This document shows positions 51,544 to 60,843 of a DNA stretch of 64,000 nucleotides, one piece after another. Below the pieces are notes generated by a model, which made no database searches, was not told the DNA's origin, and saw nothing but the letters and a program-made list of their open reading frames with translations. The first letter of the stretch is position 1, and every line of letters starts with the position of its first letter. The stretch is from Nitrospirota bacterium (GTDB taxonomy: Bacteria; Nitrospirota; Nitrospiria; Nitrospirales; Nitrospiraceae): positions 143,528 to 207,527 of the forward strand of contig CAVPGK010000015.1 in the NCBI GenBank assembly GCA_963703955.1. Reading direction: 5' to 3'. Position numbers and translations under genes: made by a program.

Positions 51544-52077
51544 GTGCAGGACCACGAGTTCCACGGGTCTCCGGCGTCTCACCGCGAACACAAGAAGCAG
51601 GCTCCAAAACGAATCGGCTGCGTCGTCATTACGTGCAGCGACACCCGAACTATCGAGACCGACACCAGCGGACTGCTCATGCAACGCCTGTTGAAGGAGC
51701 ACGGCCACCAGGTGTCGGCCTATCATCTCGTGAAAGACGAGCCGACGGAGATCAGAAATCTGATCAGGACGGCCGCCGAGGACGAGAGTGTTCACGCCAT
51801 TCTCATCAACGGCGGCACCGGCATCTCCCGACGCGACTCCACCTTCGAAGCCATAGATGGATTACTGGAGAAACGGTTGGATGGCTTCGGCGAGATCTTC
51901 CGCTACCTGACGTATCAAGATATCGGCTCATCCGCCATCATGAGCCGGGCCACGGCGGGCACGTTTCGAGGACGTGTGATCATCTCCACACCGGGTTCTG
52001 AAGGGGCCGTCCGTCTCGCGATGGAAAAGCTGGTCCTACCCGAACTCGCTCATATGATCCAGCAACTTACCCAGTAA
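51544..52077 (+). CDS. moaB: Molybdopterin biosynthesis protein MoaB/MogA family
   Basis: ITCSDTR..DTSG, NGGTGISRRDSTFEA, GFGEIFR, SRA. Confidence 0.9.
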   Translation: MQDHEFHGSPASHREHKKQAPKRIGCVVITCSDTRTIETDTSGLLMQRLLKEHGHQVSAYHLVKDEPTEIRNLIRTAAEDESVHAILINGGTGISRRDSTFEAIDGLLEKRLDGFGEIFRYLTYQDIGSSAIMSRATAGTFRGRVIISTPGSEGAVRLAMEKLVLPELAHMIQQLTQ

Positions 52078-52144
52078 GCAGGCGATCCGCTTTGGCCGTC
52101 AGTCCTCAGCTCCCCGCTGACTACCCAGAGTTGATGGCTGACTG

Positions 52145-52546
52145 CTAGTCTTGCGCGATTTTCGGTTCCGATACCCGCTTAAAATAGGACAGCAAATCGC
52201 GCACGGAGACGATGCCGGTGAGCTTCCCATGCTCTGTCACACCCAGGTGTCGTACGCTCAAATCCCCCATCATATCGTGGGCGTCCTGAATCGTCCGAAC
52301 AGAATCGATCGTGGCGATCGGACTCGTCATAATCGTCTCGATCGAAGTCTTGCCGATATCCACACCTTCCGCTACGGCTCGTCGGACGACATCAGTGTCC
52401 GTGACGATGCCGATAAAGCTTCCGGCTTTTTCTATAAAGAGTGCGCTGACGTGCTCGTCACGCATACGGGAAGCCGCTTCCTTGATCGAGGCGTTGTGGG
52501 CAATGAGCTTGAGCTTCTTTCGCATCACCTGAGTCAACGTTGACAT
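52145..52546 (-). CDS. CBS domain protein
   Basis: GIVTDTDVVRR, VRHLGV..GIVSVRDL. Confidence 0.9.
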   Translation of the reverse strand: MSTLTQVMRKKLKLIAHNASIKEAASRMRDEHVSALFIEKAGSFIGIVTDTDVVRRAVAEGVDIGKTSIETIMTSPIATIDSVRTIQDAHDMMGDLSVRHLGVTEHGKLTGIVSVRDLLSYFKRVSEPKIAQD

Positions 52547-52623
52547 GAGCGATCTCCTTCCTGAACTTGGGCGCGGTGATTTTGTTCACCGCTGCCTGTA
52601 TTGTCAAATCATGAATCTTCCAT

Positions 52624-53556
52624 CTAGAACATCAATGTCCCTTCGATAATCATCACCACCTGCCCGCCGACCTTCACTTCTTGAATCACATCGTCGTCCG
52701 ATTCGACCTGGATCAAAATGCGCGACGGCCGGTCAACCTCATAGCCCTGCTCGGCGACGATCTCGGTTGTTGGAGCCACATCAACCACCCCATACTGGAC
52801 GAGGTAGGCACCCAAGGCGCCGCTGGCGCTTCCAGTGGCGGGATCCTCTATCACGCCGATGGGTGACGCGAACATTCGCGTGTGTACGGCCGATAGCTCT
52901 TCAACCGTCACCGTCGTAAACACCATGATGCCGTTGGTGCCATGTCGAGCGCACAGCTCATTGATCACCGTGCCGTTGGGGACAATCGATTTCACCGCCG
53001 TCAAGGTTCGGACGGGAACGATCAGCACGGGTAATCCGGTCGACACCACCTCAATGGGGAATTTCGTCCCTGTGATGAGCCGCTTGGAGAGCCCCAGCGC
53101 ATTGGCCACCTCGAAAATGTCCTCCACCGCATCGACTGAGCCGAGAAATTCGGGTTTCGGCTGGGACATCACCACCCTGAGAATTTCGCTCTCCTTCACG
53201 TGTAACTCGACCCGAAACACGCCAATGTTGCACTCGTACGCCACTCGTGTGACCGGTTCCTCAAGCGGCAGACGCTTGAGCTTACCGAGGACAAAACAGG
53301 CCCCCAGGACAGGGTGCCCGGCGAAGGGAATTTCCTGCGTCGGCGTAAAAATCCTGATTTTCATCGTGGCGGAGGGGTCGGTGGGAGGCAGGACGAACAC
53401 CGTCTCGGACAAGTTCATCTCCCTGGCGATCTTCTGAAGTTCTTGATCGACGAGATCCACGGCATCAGGTACGACGGCCACGGGATTGCCGCCGAACGGC
53501 AAATCAGTGAACACATCGGCTTGGTAGAACTTGACGGACCGGCGTTCCAGGTTCAT
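52624..53556 (-). CDS. PhzF family isomerase/epimerase
   Basis: DVFT..PFGGNPVAV, EMNLSETVF, FTPTQEIPFAGHP, EDPATGSA. Confidence 0.93.
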   Translation of the reverse strand: MNLERRSVKFYQADVFTDLPFGGNPVAVVPDAVDLVDQELQKIAREMNLSETVFVLPPTDPSATMKIRIFTPTQEIPFAGHPVLGACFVLGKLKRLPLEEPVTRVAYECNIGVFRVELHVKESEILRVVMSQPKPEFLGSVDAVEDIFEVANALGLSKRLITGTKFPIEVVSTGLPVLIVPVRTLTAVKSIVPNGTVINELCARHGTNGIMVFTTVTVEELSAVHTRMFASPIGVIEDPATGSASGALGAYLVQYGVVDVAPTTEIVAEQGYEVDRPSRILIQVESDDDVIQEVKVGGQVVMIIEGTLMF

Positions 53557-53680
53557 AGCGCTTGGAAGGTTACTCTAGGTGAGCGTCGAACCGTTGTCAA
53601 CGTTGGCTGGTTAACGTGTTCTCCCGTCCGTCCGGCACGGTCTGAAGAAGCGGACTCCGGAGAGACTCTGGACCCATCTC

Positions 53681-54919
53681 TCAGGCGGAAAGAGGAAGCG
53701 CCTCATAGGCTTGGGTCAGAGGATTTCTGACGTAATCCTCCACGTAATTTTTCAGAAGCCCGTTCCGATAGAGCCGTTGATTGGCGAACTTGGTGTCGAT
53801 CTTGTGGAGAACCCTGACCTTCACTCCCGTCTTTCGCATGAAGTCCTCAAGCGTGACGCCCGCAATGTCCATATACAGTCCGCGTCCGGACTGCATCACG
53901 CATTTCGGAATGTGAATCATCTTCTGTGTCACAAGACATCTGGCGATATCATCAAAGGTCAGTAGGACGGTGCAGTCTGAGTCCCCGCCCAGTGTCGCAT
54001 TCGGCACCGGTAGGAACCGCGCGCGATTCTTACGATACATCATGAGAATCTTGTGCACGCTCCTCGCCATGACGACCGTGTCTTTCTTCTCCAATTCGAG
54101 CGAGTCGAAGAGACTGACGATGCGCTTCCGATTCAAAAAGGCGGTGATCGGCGCTTCCGTGTGAATCGTGGTCATATTGGGAAGCCCCGAGTCGTAGATC
54201 CGTTGCGCTTCCATGGGGAGGAATTTTCGTCCTTGCCGCATGAGCGCGACCGTCTCTTCCTTAAGTCCACGAACCGCTGTGAGGCACCCCATCCAAAGGA
54301 CGCATTTCTGGTTGATCCGAGAAATCGTGACGGCATCTTCGGACATGGTCCGCTCGTCGAACGCGTAAAAATTGGCCGACGAGACCACCGGGCCGTCCAG
54401 CACCTTCAACAAGTGCTTGACCGCCGGCGCATGGGGCATCAGCCGTTGCCGGTACTCGCCGAGGGTGATCACCGACAATTCGAAGTTGATCCGGCCGGGA
54501 TATTGCGCAGCTAGCTGATGGATCTTGGGAACCTGCACAAACCCGACGGTAAAGAACGAAATATTCTTGTTCGTGTACTTGAGGAAATCTTCTACCCACT
54601 CCATGGCCTTGGGATGAAGAAAGAGATCGGTCCATTCCATGTACTCGTTTCCTCCCAGGCACCAGAATTGACGGGGATCGGTCGGCGTTTTGTTGAGGTA
54701 GTCGAGAATGAACTCCCAATCCTCCTGGGTCGTCTTCGGCGGATCGAGTGTCTCTCGATAGGAATGGTCCAATTCATAGCAGAACTCGCACTTGACCGGA
54801 CACGCTTTCCCTAAGCTAATGGGAATTTTTCCCGCATCCAGCTCTCGCCGCAGCACCTCACGGTAATCCTTCCCTTTCAGAATCGGCTTGGGCTGGAGGA
54901 TCGGAAGCGCCCGACTCAT
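53681..54919 (-). CDS. Radical SAM protein with DUF512-like C-terminus
   Basis: CPVKCEFC; VPNATLGGDSDCTVLLTFDDI. Confidence 0.8.
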   Translation of the reverse strand: MSRALPILQPKPILKGKDYREVLRRELDAGKIPISLGKACPVKCEFCYELDHSYRETLDPPKTTQEDWEFILDYLNKTPTDPRQFWCLGGNEYMEWTDLFLHPKAMEWVEDFLKYTNKNISFFTVGFVQVPKIHQLAAQYPGRINFELSVITLGEYRQRLMPHAPAVKHLLKVLDGPVVSSANFYAFDERTMSEDAVTISRINQKCVLWMGCLTAVRGLKEETVALMRQGRKFLPMEAQRIYDSGLPNMTTIHTEAPITAFLNRKRIVSLFDSLELEKKDTVVMARSVHKILMMYRKNRARFLPVPNATLGGDSDCTVLLTFDDIARCLVTQKMIHIPKCVMQSGRGLYMDIAGVTLEDFMRKTGVKVRVLHKIDTKFANQRLYRNGLLKNYVEDYVRNPLTQAYEALPLSA

Positions 54920-54993
54920 CGGCTTCTCCAGGCTGATTGACACACACCAAACCCGTTTGCGACACTCACGTTCATTGGAATCCGAGGGCATTC

Positions 54994-55245
54994 ATGAGAC
55001 AGGAAGACCTTGACCGAGCCATGGAAACCTTTGGCCTGACACCACCCTTCACCCGCGACCACCTGGAAGAAAAACGACGCGAACTCCTGGCCACTTGGCA
55101 TCCGCACCGCTATGCCAACCTGACGAACAATCCTCGCAAGTACATGCAAATGTACAAGAAGGGAGAAGCCATGACCAAGGAAATTCACGCGGCCTATGAA
55201 TTTCTTCTTGAATGGATTGGCGCGACGGAGAACCAGAAGGGGTAA
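54994..55245 (+). CDS. Small J-domain-like protein
   Basis: FGL..LEEKRRELLATWHPHR..KEIHAAYEFL; HPH in place of HPD. Confidence 0.7.
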   Translation: MRQEDLDRAMETFGLTPPFTRDHLEEKRRELLATWHPHRYANLTNNPRKYMQMYKKGEAMTKEIHAAYEFLLEWIGATENQKG

Positions 55246-55256
55246 GTGTGGACACA

Positions 55257-55302
55257 CTGCTCAAAAAGGCCAATCACACCCGCCCGTCCTTTTTCAGCAG
55301 CC
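55257..55302. repeat. Collapsed MITE (TIR pair only), possible bidirectional terminator
   Basis: CTGCTCAAAAAGG-CCAATCACACCCGCCCGT-CCTTTTTCAGCAG between convergent genes. Confidence 0.65.
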
Positions 55303-55305
55303 TGG

Positions 55306-57283
55306 TTAAGAGACCGCGTGGCTGACCACCCTGGCCATCGACGGCTCTCCTTCTTTCCCTGATTCCGCATCTCCCCTTGCCACAGGCCACGTCACTAAAC
55401 CGGACACGCTGTCTGCAGAGCGAGCGGCCCTTCCATCCTTCCGCGTGGCGTAGATCTGCGGCAAGCGGTTCGTTCCATATCTGGATATGTACAGGAAGAC
55501 ATGCTCCCGTGCATTCACCCGCACCGCCCACGGCTCAAAATCATTCTGGTAGAACTCTTCGCAAAGCTGCATCGCCTCCAAACAGGTCACGCCTCCTGGT
55601 TCATTCAGCGTGTAATAATAGTCCAGGGGCAGATCGTATTCTTCCTGCTTGTGAATCGTGATCCCGAATTTCTCCGGATTTCTCACCATCGGGGTGTGAC
55701 GATAGGCTACGAAGTAAAACAATTCGACCGAGTGAATGTTGGTCCTATTGTCCAACGAAATTGACGGGTTTCTTCAGCCTCCTCGCGAGTCTCGCCCGGG
55801 AATCCGTAAAGTGCCATGACATGGTTCCAAATCCCGGCTTCCGTCGCCAACTGAAGATTCTTCTCGATCACACCCTTCTTCACATGCTTATCCATCAATA
55901 TTAAGCACGCGTTCGTTCGCCGACTCCATCCCGTAATATAAGGTGCAGCAACCCGATTCTTTTCGTGATCCGCCAGATGTCCGGATCTTGGAGGGTTTCT
56001 TCAAATCGGATGAGCGTGGTCCACTTAATACCCACCTTTTGCTCGACCAACAGTTGTGTGACTTTCTTAAGCAGCGCCGGCGGATAGGATTCGTCCGCGA
56101 ACAGGAAATGCTCCGCGTGATACTTGTCCTTGAGCGCTGTTACCTGTCGGACCACTTCATGTGCCGGCATGCCGCGGTATTGGTCGAAGTACCCCTGCCC
56201 GTGGTCACAGAAGGTGCAGCGTCCCCAATAGCATCCTCGTGTAGCCAGATAGGGAAGGATCCGAACCGGGACGAAATAGCTGTCCAGGGGAAACCCGTCG
56301 AAATCAGGCAGGGGCAGGGCCGTGGTCTTCTCGGTATGGATGTCTTTACTGACGTGAATCCCTCCCTCGTCGCGATATATGAGATTGGGAACCGAGGAGA
56401 GATCGCGTCCACCGGCGAGCGCCTCGAGGAGCCAGAGCAACGCATGCTCCCCTTCGTACATGATGGCGCTGTCAAAGACCTCGGCAAAGAAACGCGCATG
56501 CGTCGGAAGCTCTTCCTGAAGCCGCGTGACGATATTGCCGCCCACGGTAATATGGATCTGCGGGAAAGCTTCCTTGATCATCCGGCAGAACGTGAAACCG
56601 GCCATCAACTGCATTTGGGTCCCGATGGATATCCCCACCACATCGGGCGTTTCTTTATTGATCGAAGGGAGCACCAATTGCCGGCAGACGTCCCGGTACA
56701 CATTGACCTGCTCGTCTTCCAGACATGCGAAGACTTCGCGCGACACGCCTGGGCGATAGCCTAAGTTACTCTCCATCGGATAAAACACGAGCGAGGCGGG
56801 ATAATAGGCGGCCGAGATGTACTGCATCACGTCTCGGAACATATTGAGCGCCCAATCCAATTTATCGGCGTCGTAGAAATCTTCTCCCCGGGTGATCCGT
56901 TTGGCCGACTCCGCTCGTTCCGCCAGGTCGAAGACATCGACAGCGGCCTTGTTCTCAAGGCAGGCCTTTTGGTCGAGCTCCTGTTCGCTCAGCAGTCCCG
57001 CTGCATCCTTGGCTTCGAGCGCGCGCAATCGCATCGCCATGCGCGCCTTGACCCAGATCAGGAAAGGGGCGCTGAAGAACAGATCATACATTTCGATATT
57101 GACATCCCGCTGGATGACCTCGTGGCCATGCTGACGCAACACGGCTGTCAGGCTGGGAAGGGCCAAGTAGGGAGCCGTGGGAACCCACTCCGGCGGGAAC
57201 AGGAGCATCGTTTTCAACTTCCGCCCGGCCTTCGGCCCCGCCTCAGTCCCCAGACCGTCGATATCAATCAGTCCTCCGGACAT
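55306..57283 (-). CDS. B12-binding radical SAM protein, three indels near the 3' end (error or pseudogene)
   Basis: TRGCYWGRCTFCDH; paralog of 57329-59194; frames join at ~55961, ~55900 and ~55756. Confidence 0.85.
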
Positions 57284-57328
57284 GCTCAGCAGACCTTCGA
57301 AGTCACCGTGGCGATGTGGGTCGTGTCG

Positions 57329-59194
57329 TCAAACCGTGGCGTGAATCTGAAGAGCGGGTAATCGATTCGTGCCAAAGCGAGAGACGTAGAGGAAGATGTA
57401 CTCGCGAATAAAGATCTTCAGGTCCCACCCTGGATAATGGTTTCGCTCGAACTCCTCGAAGACCCGTTCCGCCTCCTCGACGCTCAATCCGTCTCTGACC
57501 GTATAGTAATAATCGAGCGCGAGGTCCCACTCCGGATTCTTGTACGCGGTCACACCGAATTGTTCGGGATGTTTCGCCACCGGCGTGTGCTTGCTCAGAT
57601 CAAAGGTTCCGAATCCGATCGAATGGATCAGCTCCTTGTTTTCATCGAGAAAGCGAATGGAGTCCAGCGCGTCTTCCCGCCTTTCACCCGGAAACCCGAA
57701 GAAGCCCATCACATGATTCCAGATGCCGACGTTGGCGGACAATTCCAAACTCTTATGGATCACATCCGTCGTGGTTGCCTTGTCCATAAGCTTGAGGACG
57801 CGCTCGTTTCCGGATTCGTATCCCATGTGGAGGTATTTGCATCCGGATGCGGCCGCGTCCTTCCACACATTCTCCTCCAGCAGACTCCGCTCGAAGCGCA
57901 TGTGCGTGGTCCACACGATGCCTATGTTGGTTTCCACCAGCTTGCGCGTCAGTTTTCTGAACAGCGCGGGCGGATAGGATTCATCGGTAAAATGAAAGTG
58001 CCTGGTCCGGTACTTGTCCCGTAGCCCTTTGATTTCTTCCGCGATCTGATCGATTTTCTTGGTGCGATAGCCCGCCGTATATCCCTCTCCATGGTCGCAA
58101 AACTCGCAACGCCCCCAATAGCAGCCGCGGGTCGCAAGATACGGTAGGATTCGGTCCGGTACAAAGTACTTCTCCAATGGAAGACCATCAAAATCGGGTG
58201 GGGGTAACGTCCCCATGTCTTCGGCGAAGGTGAGAGACGTTGTATGGATGCCCGACGCGTCCCGATAGATGAGATTTGGGACTTGGGCCAGTTCACGGCC
58301 CGCTCCAACTGCGTCGATCAACTGCAGAAATGCGGTCTCCCCTTCATAAATCACAGCGGTGTCAAACAGGGCGAACAGCGCCGAGTTATCGGGAAGCACA
58401 TCCCGCAGCCGCGTGACGGTGTTTCCCCCGATGGTGACATGAATATTGGGGAAGTGCTCCTTGATGAGCGCGCAGAAAGTCATCGACGAAAACAGTTGCT
58501 GCTGGAGCACGATGGAGATGCCGATGATGTCCGGGCGTTCCGCCTCAATCGCCGGCCGAAGAATGCGGTCGAAGACGTCGCGATAGACATTGACCTGCGT
58601 GTCTTGCACGGCATCCAGCACCTCGGAGGACACGAATGCCTTATAGGAGAGGTCAGTCTCCATCGGCGGCATGCAGATCCGAGCCGGGGCGTAAACCAGC
58701 GAAATAGCGGCTGTGACCTCGCGAAATACATTGATCGCCCACTCCAGCTTTTCGGCATCGTAGAATTCCGGCCCCCGCACGATCCGTTTCGCGGTTTCCG
58801 CCTTTTCGGTCAGTTCCGAAATACGATCGCGGCTCAAATCGCACAGGGAGAGTTGCAGCTCCCTTTCCCACTCCTCGAGTTCACGCTTTCTTGACAGCTT
58901 ACGGAGGCGGTCCAGCTGCTGAGGCACCCGCCTGAGCACACGTTTGAGGAAGTCCTCACTGAAATACCAGTCATACATTTCCAAATTGACATCCTTCTGA
59001 GTGACGTGGTGACCGGCCTGTCTGAGGACAGCGGCAATCGTGGGAAGGCTCAAATAAGGCTCGGACGGGTACCAATCAGGCGGAAAGACCAGCATGACGT
59101 TCATCGGGCGTCCGTTCTTTCCGCCCGAAGCCCGTTGGTGCAGTTGGATCAGTTCAGTGCTCGCCCGGGCTCCCTTGGAATACTCGATTTTCAT
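57329..59194 (-). CDS. B12-binding radical SAM protein
   Basis: FPP..PYLSLP, HVTIGGN, YEGE, TRGCYWGRCEFCDH, GYESGNERVL, GFPGE. Confidence 0.92.
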   Translation of the reverse strand: MKIEYSKGARASTELIQLHQRASGGKNGRPMNVMLVFPPDWYPSEPYLSLPTIAAVLRQAGHHVTQKDVNLEMYDWYFSEDFLKRVLRRVPQQLDRLRKLSRKRELEEWERELQLSLCDLSRDRISELTEKAETAKRIVRGPEFYDAEKLEWAINVFREVTAAISLVYAPARICMPPMETDLSYKAFVSSEVLDAVQDTQVNVYRDVFDRILRPAIEAERPDIIGISIVLQQQLFSSMTFCALIKEHFPNIHVTIGGNTVTRLRDVLPDNSALFALFDTAVIYEGETAFLQLIDAVGAGRELAQVPNLIYRDASGIHTTSLTFAEDMGTLPPPDFDGLPLEKYFVPDRILPYLATRGCYWGRCEFCDHGEGYTAGYRTKKIDQIAEEIKGLRDKYRTRHFHFTDESYPPALFRKLTRKLVETNIGIVWTTHMRFERSLLEENVWKDAAASGCKYLHMGYESGNERVLKLMDKATTTDVIHKSLELSANVGIWNHVMGFFGFPGERREDALDSIRFLDENKELIHSIGFGTFDLSKHTPVAKHPEQFGVTAYKNPEWDLALDYYYTVRDGLSVEEAERVFEEFERNHYPGWDLKIFIREYIFLYVSRFGTNRLPALQIHATV

Positions 59195-59250
59195 GGAGCA
59201 ATCTCCCCGCAACAGCAGCAGGTTATTCTAGATTGTCCATCGGACACAGG

Positions 59251-60747
59251 TCAAGCGAGGTTCCCGGGGGTAAGCGATGAGCGGTTGGCCTGGAAAGATC
59301 CCGTCGAACCGGCCTCACGGGTATCGAGAAACTCCTGATAGTATTGTTCCAAAATCGGCGCGCGTGACTCCTCGACAATGACTAATTGCCGCTGATCAAA
59401 GGTATTGGCCCAGTACAGATACCTCAGGTGCGGGACCCTCCCCAGTTCGACGTGCATCTGGCGACCGCCCGGTCCGTCCAGCGTGGTGGTCTGAAGAATC
59501 TCTCGGTTCGATAATCGTGACCACACGAACTGGGCCGTGACCGTATGATTTTCGTACAGCGGAAGGCCGGCGAGATCGGGTGGACTGGCGGAAGATCCCT
59601 TCGTGCACTGAAGGAAGGCGGAGATTCCCTCGGTGTTCTGAGTCATCGCGTCTACGGCGGCTTGGCCTCCGACTAAAAGACCGATGACGCGATTGCCCGC
59701 TGACAGATAGAGGTAGGACAATGCCCCAGCGGCCTTCCCTCTCTCCGCTCGGACAGATCCGCGGGTCGGTACTTCCCAGGATTCCACACGCGCGTCGAAT
59801 CGATCCGGCAGCCGTTCCCACACCGACCGCGCCGACTCGTTGTCACAACGATAGAGTTCATCCTCATCTCGATATTCAGGGGCTTCCTCCCACGGCACGC
59901 CATACCCGCTTCGCGCCACCGCGGAACGACTGGCGACCACATAGAATGGCCCATCGTCGGCCACTTCTTCGACGAGTAGATAATGAAGGAGAAGGGGCGG
60001 CTCGAGGAGTTCGAATCCTCTCGCCGAAAGCGCGCGCTGAAACGGCACGCGGCGGGCCAATTGACGGGTCTTTTCAAACATGATCAGCCGGCCATGAGGC
60101 GTCAACGCTCGACACAGTGCGTCCAGCCTGGCACATAATCCTGTCCGCTCCTCAAAGCCGTCTTGTGAGTGCTGGTCACTCGGACGATTGAACGTCTCCC
60201 ACGTCGCGCTCGGAATACCTGGATCAGCTTCCGACTGCAAGAGCGCATGGGTGGACACGATCAGATCGTACGTGCCAGGCACCGTTGTGTGTTCCACATC
60301 GACCTTTTCAAATCGAAGATTCGTGAGACCCAAGGCCGAAGCCCGCTGTTGCGCCGCGCGCACTGACGCGTCCGAACGATCAATGCCGACAAACCTAATA
60401 TCGGGGAACTGCCGAGCGTAAAACGTGCTGAGGATGCCGGGCCCGCATCCGAAATCCAGGACCGAGCGCGCGCCTTCGATCCGATCGGCTACGAGCGGGC
60501 CAAGAGCCATATAGTAGTCATAACGCTGGCTGTACAGGACGGGGAGAATGTGCGGTCGAGCGGTGAAATTGTAGAATGCCACTTCGTGAGCCACATCGGC
60601 TGCCGCTATTCGCTTCTCTTCGACCAGCTGATTGAGATGGGTAATCTCGCTCGCGCTCAGAGCTTCGCGTTGCCATTGAAAATACGCGGAATCGGAATCG
60701 AACCGCCGAAGTCCCCACCACTGAAGATGATCAACCAGGTCGGTCAT
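59251..60747 (-). CDS. Class I SAM-dependent methyltransferase with long C-terminal extension
   Basis: VLDFGCGPG, GIDRS, YDLIVS. Confidence 0.85.
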   Translation of the reverse strand: MTDLVDHLQWWGLRRFDSDSAYFQWQREALSASEITHLNQLVEEKRIAAADVAHEVAFYNFTARPHILPVLYSQRYDYYMALGPLVADRIEGARSVLDFGCGPGILSTFYARQFPDIRFVGIDRSDASVRAAQQRASALGLTNLRFEKVDVEHTTVPGTYDLIVSTHALLQSEADPGIPSATWETFNRPSDQHSQDGFEERTGLCARLDALCRALTPHGRLIMFEKTRQLARRVPFQRALSARGFELLEPPLLLHYLLVEEVADDGPFYVVASRSAVARSGYGVPWEEAPEYRDEDELYRCDNESARSVWERLPDRFDARVESWEVPTRGSVRAERGKAAGALSYLYLSAGNRVIGLLVGGQAAVDAMTQNTEGISAFLQCTKGSSASPPDLAGLPLYENHTVTAQFVWSRLSNREILQTTTLDGPGGRQMHVELGRVPHLRYLYWANTFDQRQLVIVEESRAPILEQYYQEFLDTREAGSTGSFQANRSSLTPGNLA

Positions 60748-60843
60748 GGCTCATAGCGAATAGCGAGCAGCACATAGCTCAGAAATCCTCCCACAATCTC
60801 TACTGCTTGTCTCCCGCGATTCGCTACGGCTATTGGCTGGTCG

